64,000 nucleotides of DNA from Thermoanaerobaculia bacterium. Lineage in GTDB: Bacteria; Acidobacteriota; Thermoanaerobaculia; UBA5066. Below the pieces are notes generated by a model. That model saw only the letters and a list, made by a program, of their open reading frames with translations. It was not told the origin of the DNA and made no database searches. Position numbers and translations under genes: made by a program. Positions 50,893 through 58,975 of this stretch are shown piece by piece. Each line of letters begins with the position of its first letter. The stretch's first letter is position 1. The stretch spans positions 72,742 through 136,741 of the forward strand of contig JBBRRY010000005.1 of assembly GCA_038245905.1 (NCBI GenBank). Reading direction: 5' to 3'.

Positions 50893-51355
50893 TCAGGTCA
50901 GAACTTGAGACCTCCGCCGAGCCGCACCATGTCGTCGGCCGTGAAACTTGCCCATCGGTCCCAGACAGCTTTCAGGAGCCAGGCGGGCCGATCGAAGTAG
51001 ACGCTGGCCCGTTCCGAGGCGCACGTCGACGACCGACGAGGCGTACACCCTGTCGTAATGGTCGAGATGCACGCCCGCGCCGAAGGCGATTGAGCCGTTC
51101 AGGTTCGATAGCGCCCAGCCAGCCCGTGACGTCGCCGAACCGCTTTCGAATGTTGACGTCGAATTGGATCTGATGGCCGAGCACATATAGCTCGGCGGAC
51201 GCCTTGCCGTTCAGGTCGTCGGCCCTCTCGACGGGCGTCGAGGGCGCTTCCGTTGACCCATCGTCTTCCGCTCCGACCGCCCCGTGCGCCAGCAACATGC
51301 CGACAAGCAGGACCCGAGCGCCCGAGTCCCAGTTCGCCACGTGGGTTCTCACCAT
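50893..51355 (-). pseudogene. Degraded secreted/outer-membrane protein remnant in two frames
   Basis: Signal-like N-terminus and beta-strand pattern (ELYVLG..FDVNIRKRFG..TGWLG) continuing in another frame (IAFGAGVHLDHYDRVYA). Confidence 0.4.
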
Positions 51356-51390
51356 GCCTATTCTCGCGTAGAATTCGCGACTTGAGTCGC

Positions 51391-51744
51391 ATGCGACGCC
51401 TAGCCGCCAGATCCGCCGCCGCACTCCTCGTCGCGGCCCTTCTCGCCCCTGTATTCGAGGCGGGTGCTGTGCTGGCCGACGACCTGAAGGACCTCGCCGC
51501 GGGCAACACCGGCCTCTCGGACGACCCCGAGACGCCCGGCCCCGACCTCTACGCTCCCCGCCCCTGGGGCGACGACGTCCCGGACATGCCTTCGCTCCTC
51601 GTGCTCGACGCGCCCGCCGACGCCGCGGAGGCGTTCGAGCCGCGGCCCGTCGAGCCCGTCGTTCCCGCCTGCCGCGATCTCTCCCCCTGCGACCCCAATG
51701 CGCGCGCGATCGCGGCGCGCGGTCCCCCGCTTCTCCTTTCTTAG
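51391..51744 (+). CDS. Secreted leader protein with C-terminal RGPP arrest-like motif (DUF2946/CzcI-like position)
   Basis: TAGAAT 51369-51374; signal-like N-terminus; acidic Pro-rich body; ends ARGPPLLLS. Confidence 0.75.
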   Translation: MRRLAARSAAALLVAALLAPVFEAGAVLADDLKDLAAGNTGLSDDPETPGPDLYAPRPWGDDVPDMPSLLVLDAPADAAEAFEPRPVEPVVPACRDLSPCDPNARAIAARGPPLLLS

Positions 51745-51799
51745 CTCTTCCCGCCGAAGACGCTGAAGAGGCGGCGCCCGACGCCGCCGGAGGAGACCC

Positions 51800-53086
51800 G
51801 TGAGGACCCTGATCTGCCTGATGGTGGGCACTCTCGCCGTTCCCGCGTTCTGTGCCCGCGGCGAGGAGCCGCCGCGCGTGACGCTCGCCGAGGCGCTCCG
51901 CCTCGCGCGCGAGAACAACCCCGACCTCCTCGGCGCCCGGGCCGACGTCGAGTCCGCGCGCGCCCAGAGGACGGCCGCCGCGCTACTCCCGAATCCCGTC
52001 CTGTCCTACTCGACCTCGAAGATCCCCACGGACGGGACACGCGCAGGCACCGTCTACGGCAACGACTTCTACAGCCGGGCCTACGACACGGTCGTGTCCG
52101 CGTCCCAGCTCGTCGAGATCGGCGGCAAGCGCACGAGCCGCCGGACCTCGGCGGACGAAGGTGTGGCCGGCGCCTCCGCGCGGCTCACGGATGTCGCGCG
52201 GCTGCTCGACGCGGCAGTCGTGCGGGCGTACACCGCCGCCGGCGTGACGCGCGAGAGCGCGATCATCGCGCGCGAGACGGCTGCCTCGTTTGGAAAGACC
52301 GCGGGGATCGCGGAGGAGCGCGAGGCCGCGGGAGAGATCTCTCTCTCAGAGAAGACGCAGATCGAAATAGCCGCCGGCCGCTTTCTCGCGGATGCAGCAC
52401 AGGCCGACCTCGCGTACGCCAACTCGGCCCGCACCCTGGGTGCGCTGTTGAGCCTGCCCGCGGCCTCCCCGGCCGAGGATCTCGAGGCCGCTCACGAGAT
52501 CATTTCGCCCAACCCCGCGGGAACGCCGGATGACGACGAGACCTGGCTCGCGCGCCGACCCGATCTCGCGGCGCTCGAGGCGGCTGTCCGAAAAGCGGAG
52601 GCCGAACTCGCCCTCCAGAAGGCCTTTCGCGTGCCCGACCCCACGCTCCTCGCACAATACGAAAGACAGCCGCCGGACCAGCGGAACACAGTGGGGTTTG
52701 GCGTTTCGTTCCCGCTGCCCGTTTTCAACCTCAACGGAGGCGCGATCCGCGCGATCCAGGTGGCTGTAGAAACTACCAAGCGCGACCTCACCCGCGGACG
52801 CGTCCGAGTCCGGCAGGACCTCGCCGCCACGCGCGACGCCCTCGAAACCGCGCGCGCACGGGCCGTCCGCCTCGTGAACGATCTCCTCCCGAAGTCCAAG
52901 ACGGTACGCGACACCGTGCGCTTCGCGTACGAGCAGGGCGCCGCCTCGCTTCTCGAGCTCCTCGAAGCCGAACGCAACGCCAACGAAATCCGCCTCGCCG
53001 CGGTCTCCGCGCGCGGGGATCTCATCACCGCCCGTGTCGACTTCCTCACCGCGCGGCCCGGCGCGCCCGCCCAGGAGACACCATGA
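51800..53086 (+). CDS. czcC: TolC/CzcC-family outer membrane factor
   Basis: GGAGGAG RBS; LAEAL..A..NNPDL, LPNP, PLPVFN.N.G.I, YEQGAASLLELLEA. Confidence 0.9.
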   Translation: MRTLICLMVGTLAVPAFCARGEEPPRVTLAEALRLARENNPDLLGARADVESARAQRTAAALLPNPVLSYSTSKIPTDGTRAGTVYGNDFYSRAYDTVVSASQLVEIGGKRTSRRTSADEGVAGASARLTDVARLLDAAVVRAYTAAGVTRESAIIARETAASFGKTAGIAEEREAAGEISLSEKTQIEIAAGRFLADAAQADLAYANSARTLGALLSLPAASPAEDLEAAHEIISPNPAGTPDDDETWLARRPDLAALEAAVRKAEAELALQKAFRVPDPTLLAQYERQPPDQRNTVGFGVSFPLPVFNLNGGAIRAIQVAVETTKRDLTRGRVRVRQDLAATRDALETARARAVRLVNDLLPKSKTVRDTVRFAYEQGAASLLELLEAERNANEIRLAAVSARGDLITARVDFLTARPGAPAQETP

Positions 53087-54255
53087 AGACTCGCGTCATC
53101 GCCACCGCGTTCGCTGCGGTCCTCGCCGCCATGCCCGCGGGGTGCCTGAAGACGCCCTCGCCCTCGGCCGATCCGCCGGCGCCTCGCGTGGACGGCGACG
53201 CCATCACGTTCTCCGAGGGCGCGCCGCAGCTTCCCTCCTTCGCCGTCGAGGCCACCGTCCGCGAGACTGCGCCCCCCGTCTCCGTGACGGGGCGCCTTGC
53301 GTGGGACGAAGACGCGACCGTCCGCATCCTGCCGCCCGTCGCGGGGCGTATCGTCGCGCTCAAGCGCACCGTCGGCGCGCGCGTCTCCGCCGGCGACATT
53401 CTCGCGGAGCTCTCGTCGCCCGACTTCGGGCAGGCGCAGGCGGACGCGGCCAGGGCCGCGGCCGACCTCGCGTCCGCAACCCGAACACGAGATCGCGCCT
53501 CGCGGCTCACCGAGCGCGGCGCCGCGCCCCGCAAGGACCTCGACGCAGCAGAAGCGGACCTTGCCCGCGCGAGGGCCGAGTCCTCTCGCACCTCCGCCCG
53601 CCTCGCCCGCTGGGGCGGCGATCTCGCCGGCCTCGGCGACCCCACGCATGGCCTCGACCAGCTCTTCCGTCTTCCCTCGCCGCTCCCTGGAGTGGTCGTC
53701 GAACGCAACGCAAACCTCGGCCAGGAAGCGCGGCCGGACGCGACGGCGCCGCTGTTCGTCGTCTCGAATCCACGAAGCCTGTGGGTCTGGCTCGACGTGA
53801 CCGAGCGCGACCTGTCGCTCCTCGCGCCGGGTGACCGGCTCGCCGTCCGCTCCGCAGCGTGGCCCGTGCGCGTCTTCGAAGGCCGCCTCGCGCTCGTCGG
53901 GGATGCGCTCGACCCGGCGACGCGCACCGTGCGCGCCCGGGGCCGCATCGATAACCCCGAGGGTCTTCTGAAGGCCGAGATGTACGTGACCGTCGAGGTC
54001 TCCGGCAAGGGCGCACCGTCCGCGGCCGTCGTCCCGGCCCGTGCCGTCCTTGGCGACGGGGCGGCGCGCTGGTGCTTCGTGGAGGACGGACCCCGCCGAT
54101 TCCGTCGGACGCGCGTCACGGTCGGGTCCGAGCGCGGTGGAAAAGTTCCCGTCCTCTCGGGCCTCTCCGCGGGTGCACGCGTCGTGACGGACGGGAGCCT
54201 CCTCCTCTCGTCGCTCTACGCGTCGGCGGGCGAGAAGACGGGAGACAAGAAGTGA
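53083..54255 (+). CDS. czcB: RND periplasmic adaptor (CzcB family), likely lipoprotein
   Basis: PAGC lipobox-like, PVAGRI, LDPATRTV, LKAEMY. Confidence 0.9.
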   Translation: MKTRVIATAFAAVLAAMPAGCLKTPSPSADPPAPRVDGDAITFSEGAPQLPSFAVEATVRETAPPVSVTGRLAWDEDATVRILPPVAGRIVALKRTVGARVSAGDILAELSSPDFGQAQADAARAAADLASATRTRDRASRLTERGAAPRKDLDAAEADLARARAESSRTSARLARWGGDLAGLGDPTHGLDQLFRLPSPLPGVVVERNANLGQEARPDATAPLFVVSNPRSLWVWLDVTERDLSLLAPGDRLAVRSAAWPVRVFEGRLALVGDALDPATRTVRARGRIDNPEGLLKAEMYVTVEVSGKGAPSAAVVPARAVLGDGAARWCFVEDGPRRFRRTRVTVGSERGGKVPVLSGLSAGARVVTDGSLLLSSLYASAGEKTGDKK

Positions 54256-57200
54256 TCCGCGGCGTCGTCGCGTGGGTGCTCCGCCGCCGGGCCATCGCTC
54301 TCGCGCTCCTCCTCGTCTTCGTCGTCTTCGGCGTCCGCGCGTTCCTGAGACTCCCCGTCGAGGCGTATCCCGACGTCACGAACGTCCAGGCCCAGATCAT
54401 CACTCTCTTTCCGGGGCATGCCGCCGAGGAGGTCGAGCGCCTCGTCACGATTCCGCTCGAGAACGAGATGAACGGGATCCCGAAGCGCGCGTCCATGCGC
54501 TCGATCTCGATTTTCGGGCTCTCGGTCGTCACGATCGTTTTTGAGGACGACGCGGACCGCGCTTACGTCCGAAACCAGTCCTTCGAGCGCCTCCAGTCCG
54601 TAAACCTCCCTCAGGGCGCGCAGGCAAACCTCTCACCCGACTCGACGCCGGTGGGCGAGATCTACCGCTACACGCTTGCGGGCCCGCCCGCCTTCTCCGC
54701 TCTCGAGCTCAAGTCCCTCGAGGACTGGGTCGTCGAACGAAAACTCCGGACGGTACCCGGCGTCGTCGACGTCGTGGGCTTCGGAGGTCCCACGAAGCAA
54801 TACCAGGTCAACGTGGACCCCCTCAAGCTCAAATCCTACGGCCTCACGCTCGCACAGGTCTTCGACGCGCTCTCGAAGGGCAACCGCAATGCGGGCGGCG
54901 CCTACATCGAGCACGGCGCCGAGATGTACGTCGTACGCGGCCTCGGCCTCGTCCAGTCGACGGACGACATCGGCGAGATCGCGGTCGTGACGCGGAACGG
55001 AACGCCCGTCAGGATCCGCGATGTCGCGTCCACGGGCGTCGGCCCGCGCATCCGACTCGGGCGGGTCGGGAAGACCGTCGGCGGATCCGACGAGGACGAC
55101 GTGGTGCAGGGAATCGTCCTCCTGCGCAAGGGCGAGAACGCCCTCGAGGTCCTCGAGCGCATCCGCTCGAAGGTTGGCGAAATCAACCGCTCCGGCCTCC
55201 CGCCGGGTGTGACGATCGTCCCGCACTACGACCGCACCGCGCTCATCGACCGGACTCTCCGCACCGTGCGCAAGAACATGGCCGAGGGAATCGGGTTCGT
55301 CCTCGTGATTCTCGTCGCCTTCCTCGGGATGAAGAACGCCCGATCGGCGCTCGTCGTCGCGGCCGTTGTTCCCCTCTCCCTCCTCGGCGCATTCCTCCTC
55401 CTCGACCTGCGCGGGATCCCTGCGAACCTGATCTCGATGGGCGCGATCGACTTCGGGATCATCGTGGACTCGGCTGTCGTGGTCGTCGAGAACCTCCTCC
55501 GGATTCTCGCGGAGCGCCGCGAAAAGGTCCGGTCGATCTCCGTGGCGATCGTCGAGGCCGTGGACGAGGTCGGCAAGCCCATCCTCTTCTCGAAGGCGAT
55601 CCTGATCACGGCGTTCTTCCCGCTCTACACGCTGCAACGCGTGGAGGGCAAGATCTTCAGGCCGATGGCCCTCACGCTGACGTTCGCGCTCATCTGGGGA
55701 ACGATCCTCGCGCTCACGATCGTCCCGGTCCTCGCGAGCTTCGCGGTCAAGCGGCGGAAGGGCGCGCCAGGCTCCGCCGTGGAGGAGGAATCCGCGATCG
55801 TCCGGGCCCTCGGCCGCTCTTACCGGCCCGCCCTCGCATTCGTCGTCGATCGCCGCAAAGCAACCGTCGCCGCATCGGCGGTCCTCCTCGCCGCGGGCGT
55901 CGCGACGGCCGCACTCCTCGGCTCCGAGTTTCTCCCGAAGCTCGACGAGGGCGCTCTCTGGGTCCGCGCAACGTTCCCCGGCTCGATCTCCCCGACCGAG
56001 GCGGCCCGGATCACGCGCCAGATCCGGACGACACTCGCCTCGTTCCCGGAGGTGAAGGCCGTCGTGAGCCAGCTCGGCAGGCCCGACGACGGGACGGACG
56101 TGAACGGCTTCGACACGTCGGAGTTCTACGTGGACCTGATCCCCCGCGACGACTGGAAGACCGCGAAGACGCGCGACGCCCTTTCGGACGCGATGAACCG
56201 GAACCTTTCCGCGATCCCCGGCATCGAGCTCACGTTCTCGCAGGTCATCGAGGACAACGTCAACGAGGCCGTGTCGGGCATCAAGAGCGAGCTTTCCGTG
56301 AAGATCTTCGGCGAGGATCCCGCCATCCTGCAGGACCTCGCGGATCGCGCGGCGGCTGTCCTCGAGGGCGTCCAGGGCGCGGCCGACGTCGCGGCCGAAC
56401 GGCTCTCGGGCCAACCGCAGATCCAGATCTCCGTGGACCGGCCCGCGATCGGCCGGTACGGACTCTCCGTGTCGGACGTCGAGACCGTCATCGAGACCGC
56501 GATCGGCGGCGCCGTCGCGACCCAGATCCTCGAGGGCGAGAAGACGTTCGACCTCGTTGTCCGCGTGGAGCCGGGCGCCGTGACGGGCCTCGAGACGATC
56601 CGCGCGATCCCGATCCTCGGGCCGAACGGCGAGAAGCTCACGCTCGGCTCGGTCGCCGACGTCCGCCTCGCGCCCGGCTCGGCGCGCGTCTTCCGCGAGG
56701 AAAACTCGCGGCGGATCGCCGTCAAGCTCTCCGTCCGCGGGCGCGACCTTGGCTCGCTCGTCTCGGAGGCGCAGAAGAAGGTGGCCGCGGCCGTGAAGCT
56801 CCCGAGCGGTTATCACCTCGAGTGGACGGGCGCCTTCGAGAACCAGCAGCGCGCCCTCAAGCGCCTCATGGTCGTTCTCCCCATGACGCTCGCCGCGATC
56901 TTCTTCCTCCTCTTCGCGGCGTTCGACTCCCCACGCCTCGCGACGCTCATCCTCCTGAACGTCCCGTTCGCCGCCGTGGGCGGGCTCTTCGCGCTGCCGC
57001 TCGCAGGTCTCACACTCTCGGTCTCGGCCCTCGTCGGGTTCATCGCGCTCTTCGGAGTCTCCGTCCAGAACGGCGTCCTCCTCGTCGAGCGCATCCGCGA
57101 CCTGCGCCGCGAAGGCAAGCCCCTCGGGGAGGCCGTGACGGGCGGCGCCGTCTCGCGCTTTCGCCCGGTCCTCATGACGGCCGCCATGGCCGCGTTCGGT

Positions 57201-57356
57201 CTCCTCCCGGCCGCGCTCTCGCACGCCGTCGGGGCCGAGACCCAGCGCCCGTTCGCGGTCGTCATCATCGGGGGCCTCGTGACCGCGACGCTGTTGACCC
57301 TGTTCGTCCTGCCTGCCCTCTACGAGCTCTTCGAAGGCGAAGAGGAGGAGTACTGA
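54252..57356 (+). CDS. czcA: CusA/CzcA family heavy-metal efflux RND permease
   Basis: LPVEAYPDVT, NLISMGAIDFGIIVDSAVVVVEN, EFLPKLDEG, RFRPVLMTA. Confidence 0.93.
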   Translation: MIRGVVAWVLRRRAIALALLLVFVVFGVRAFLRLPVEAYPDVTNVQAQIITLFPGHAAEEVERLVTIPLENEMNGIPKRASMRSISIFGLSVVTIVFEDDADRAYVRNQSFERLQSVNLPQGAQANLSPDSTPVGEIYRYTLAGPPAFSALELKSLEDWVVERKLRTVPGVVDVVGFGGPTKQYQVNVDPLKLKSYGLTLAQVFDALSKGNRNAGGAYIEHGAEMYVVRGLGLVQSTDDIGEIAVVTRNGTPVRIRDVASTGVGPRIRLGRVGKTVGGSDEDDVVQGIVLLRKGENALEVLERIRSKVGEINRSGLPPGVTIVPHYDRTALIDRTLRTVRKNMAEGIGFVLVILVAFLGMKNARSALVVAAVVPLSLLGAFLLLDLRGIPANLISMGAIDFGIIVDSAVVVVENLLRILAERREKVRSISVAIVEAVDEVGKPILFSKAILITAFFPLYTLQRVEGKIFRPMALTLTFALIWGTILALTIVPVLASFAVKRRKGAPGSAVEEESAIVRALGRSYRPALAFVVDRRKATVAASAVLLAAGVATAALLGSEFLPKLDEGALWVRATFPGSISPTEAARITRQIRTTLASFPEVKAVVSQLGRPDDGTDVNGFDTSEFYVDLIPRDDWKTAKTRDALSDAMNRNLSAIPGIELTFSQVIEDNVNEAVSGIKSELSVKIFGEDPAILQDLADRAAAVLEGVQGAADVAAERLSGQPQIQISVDRPAIGRYGLSVSDVETVIETAIGGAVATQILEGEKTFDLVVRVEPGAVTGLETIRAIPILGPNGEKLTLGSVADVRLAPGSARVFREENSRRIAVKLSVRGRDLGSLVSEAQKKVAAAVKLPSGYHLEWTGAFENQQRALKRLMVVLPMTLAAIFFLLFAAFDSPRLATLILLNVPFAAVGGLFALPLAGLTLSVSALVGFIALFGVSVQNGVLLVERIRDLRREGKPLGEAVTGGAVSRFRPVLMTAAMAAFGLLPAALSHAVGAETQRPFAVVIIGGLVTATLLTLFVLPALYELFEGEEEEY

Positions 57357-57712
57357 TGCGCTACGTCCTCGGGTTCTTTCCCCCCGACCGTCTCTTCGCC
57401 CTCATCGACGCTCTTTCCGAATCGCACGTCCACGGGCTCACGATCTCCGACGCGCGCGGCTTCGGGCAGGAGCACGATGCCGGGCACCCGGAGCACCACG
57501 AGCACCGAGGAGTCGAGATGACGAAGAAGATCCGCGTCGAGATCGTCTGCGCGGACGAGGAGGTGGCCGGCATCCTCGACGCGCTCTATGCGTCGGGGCA
57601 CAGCGGGCGCCGGGGCGACGGCAAGGTCTTCGTCCTGCCCGTTCTCGACGCGCTCCGCATGAAGACCGGCGAGCGCGGCGACGCGGCACTCGGCCCCCCG
57701 AAGGAACGTTAG
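57356..57712 (+). CDS. PII-family protein with His-rich T-loop
   Basis: GLTIS..RGFG, KIRVEIV, G..GDGKVFV, R.KTGERG; TGATG coupling to czcA. Confidence 0.9.
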   Translation: MRYVLGFFPPDRLFALIDALSESHVHGLTISDARGFGQEHDAGHPEHHEHRGVEMTKKIRVEIVCADEEVAGILDALYASGHSGRRGDGKVFVLPVLDALRMKTGERGDAALGPPKER

Positions 57713-57714
57713 CG

Positions 57715-58890
57715 TCAACCGCGCTTCAGGACGTCCTTCGCGATCGTGTTGAGCTGCATGAAGGACGTGCCCTCGTAGATCTTTCCGATCTTCGCATCGC
57801 GGTACATCTTCTCGAGGGGATAGTCCTTCACGTAACCGTAGCCGCCGAGGAGCTCGAGGGCCTTCGAGGTGCACATCTCCGCGACTTCGGAGCCCTTGAG
57901 CTTCGCGATCGCACCCTCCCGCGCGAACGGCAGGCCCGCTTCCTTGAGGCGCGCCGCGTTGTAGACGGCGAGCCGGGCGCACTCCAGCTCCATGTCCATC
58001 CGCGCGAGCTCGTGCTGGACGGCCTGGAACTGCGAGAGCGGCTGACCGAACTGCTTGCGTTCCTTGACGTACTTCGTCACGTAGTCGAGCGCGGCGCGCC
58101 CGATCCCGACCATCTGGGCGCCGATGCCGATTCGGCCCTCGTTGAGCGTTTCGATCGCGATCTTGTAGCCCTCGCCGACGTTTCCGACGACGTTCTCCGC
58201 GGGGACTTCGAGGCCCTCGAACGCGAGCGCGAGCGTGGAGGAGGCGCGTATTCCGAGCTTGTCCTCTTTCTTGCCCTTCACGAAGCCTTTCCACTGCGAT
58301 TCCACGAGGAATGCCGTGATGCCCTTGTAGCCCTTGCTCTTGTCCACGCTCGCGAACACGAGGAACAGCTCGGCCTCGAGGCCGTTCGTGATCCAGAGCT
58401 TGCCGCCGTTCAGGATCCAGCGGTCGCCCTTCAGAGCCGCCGTCGTCGCAAGGGCGAACGCGTCGGAGCCCGAGCCGGCCTCGGAAAGTGCGTACGCGGC
58501 GACCTTCCGTTTCGCGAGCTGCGGGAAGTACTTCTTGTGAATCGCAGGGGACGCCCACCGCTTGATCGCGTTGTTCACGAGCGTGTTCTGGACGTCCACG
58601 ACGACGGCGCAGGCCGCGTCCACGCGCGCGAGCGCCTCGATGATCGCGACGGAGGTCGTGAAGTTCGAGCCGAGGCCGCCGTACTCCTCGGGGATCTCGA
58701 TTCCCATGAGGTCGAGATCGAAGAACTTCCGGATGAGATCGGGATCCATGACGTTGTCGCGGTCCATCCGGGAGGAGTGGGGGCCGATCGCTTCGACGGC
58801 GAAGTCGTATACGCCTTCGGCGAGCTCCCGCTCATGGTCCCCGAGGACGGAGACCGGAGGGATCGCGGGCGGATTGGTGGTGACGGGCAT
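57715..58890 (-). CDS. Acyl-CoA dehydrogenase (short/branched-chain type)
   Basis: ALSEAGSGSDA, NGGKLWITN, KLGIRAS, LNEGRIGIG, GGYGY, IYEGT. Confidence 0.94.
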   Translation of the reverse strand: MPVTTNPPAIPPVSVLGDHERELAEGVYDFAVEAIGPHSSRMDRDNVMDPDLIRKFFDLDLMGIEIPEEYGGLGSNFTTSVAIIEALARVDAACAVVVDVQNTLVNNAIKRWASPAIHKKYFPQLAKRKVAAYALSEAGSGSDAFALATTAALKGDRWILNGGKLWITNGLEAELFLVFASVDKSKGYKGITAFLVESQWKGFVKGKKEDKLGIRASSTLALAFEGLEVPAENVVGNVGEGYKIAIETLNEGRIGIGAQMVGIGRAALDYVTKYVKERKQFGQPLSQFQAVQHELARMDMELECARLAVYNAARLKEAGLPFAREGAIAKLKGSEVAEMCTSKALELLGGYGYVKDYPLEKMYRDAKIGKIYEGTSFMQLNTIAKDVLKRG

Positions 58891-58975
58891 CGGACTGCCT
58901 CCGGGAATGGAGGATACCGAAAAAGAAAGGCGCCGGAGCAGTTGCACCGGCGCCTCGAAAGAACGAGAAACCTAA

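Noticed and set aside
54633-57224. Long antisense ORFs (also 15303-17708, 24898-27450, 27744-30068, 36397-38604, 59813-61984)
   Set aside because: Shadow frames of well-supported genes in high-GC DNA; Arg/Gly-rich with no motifs
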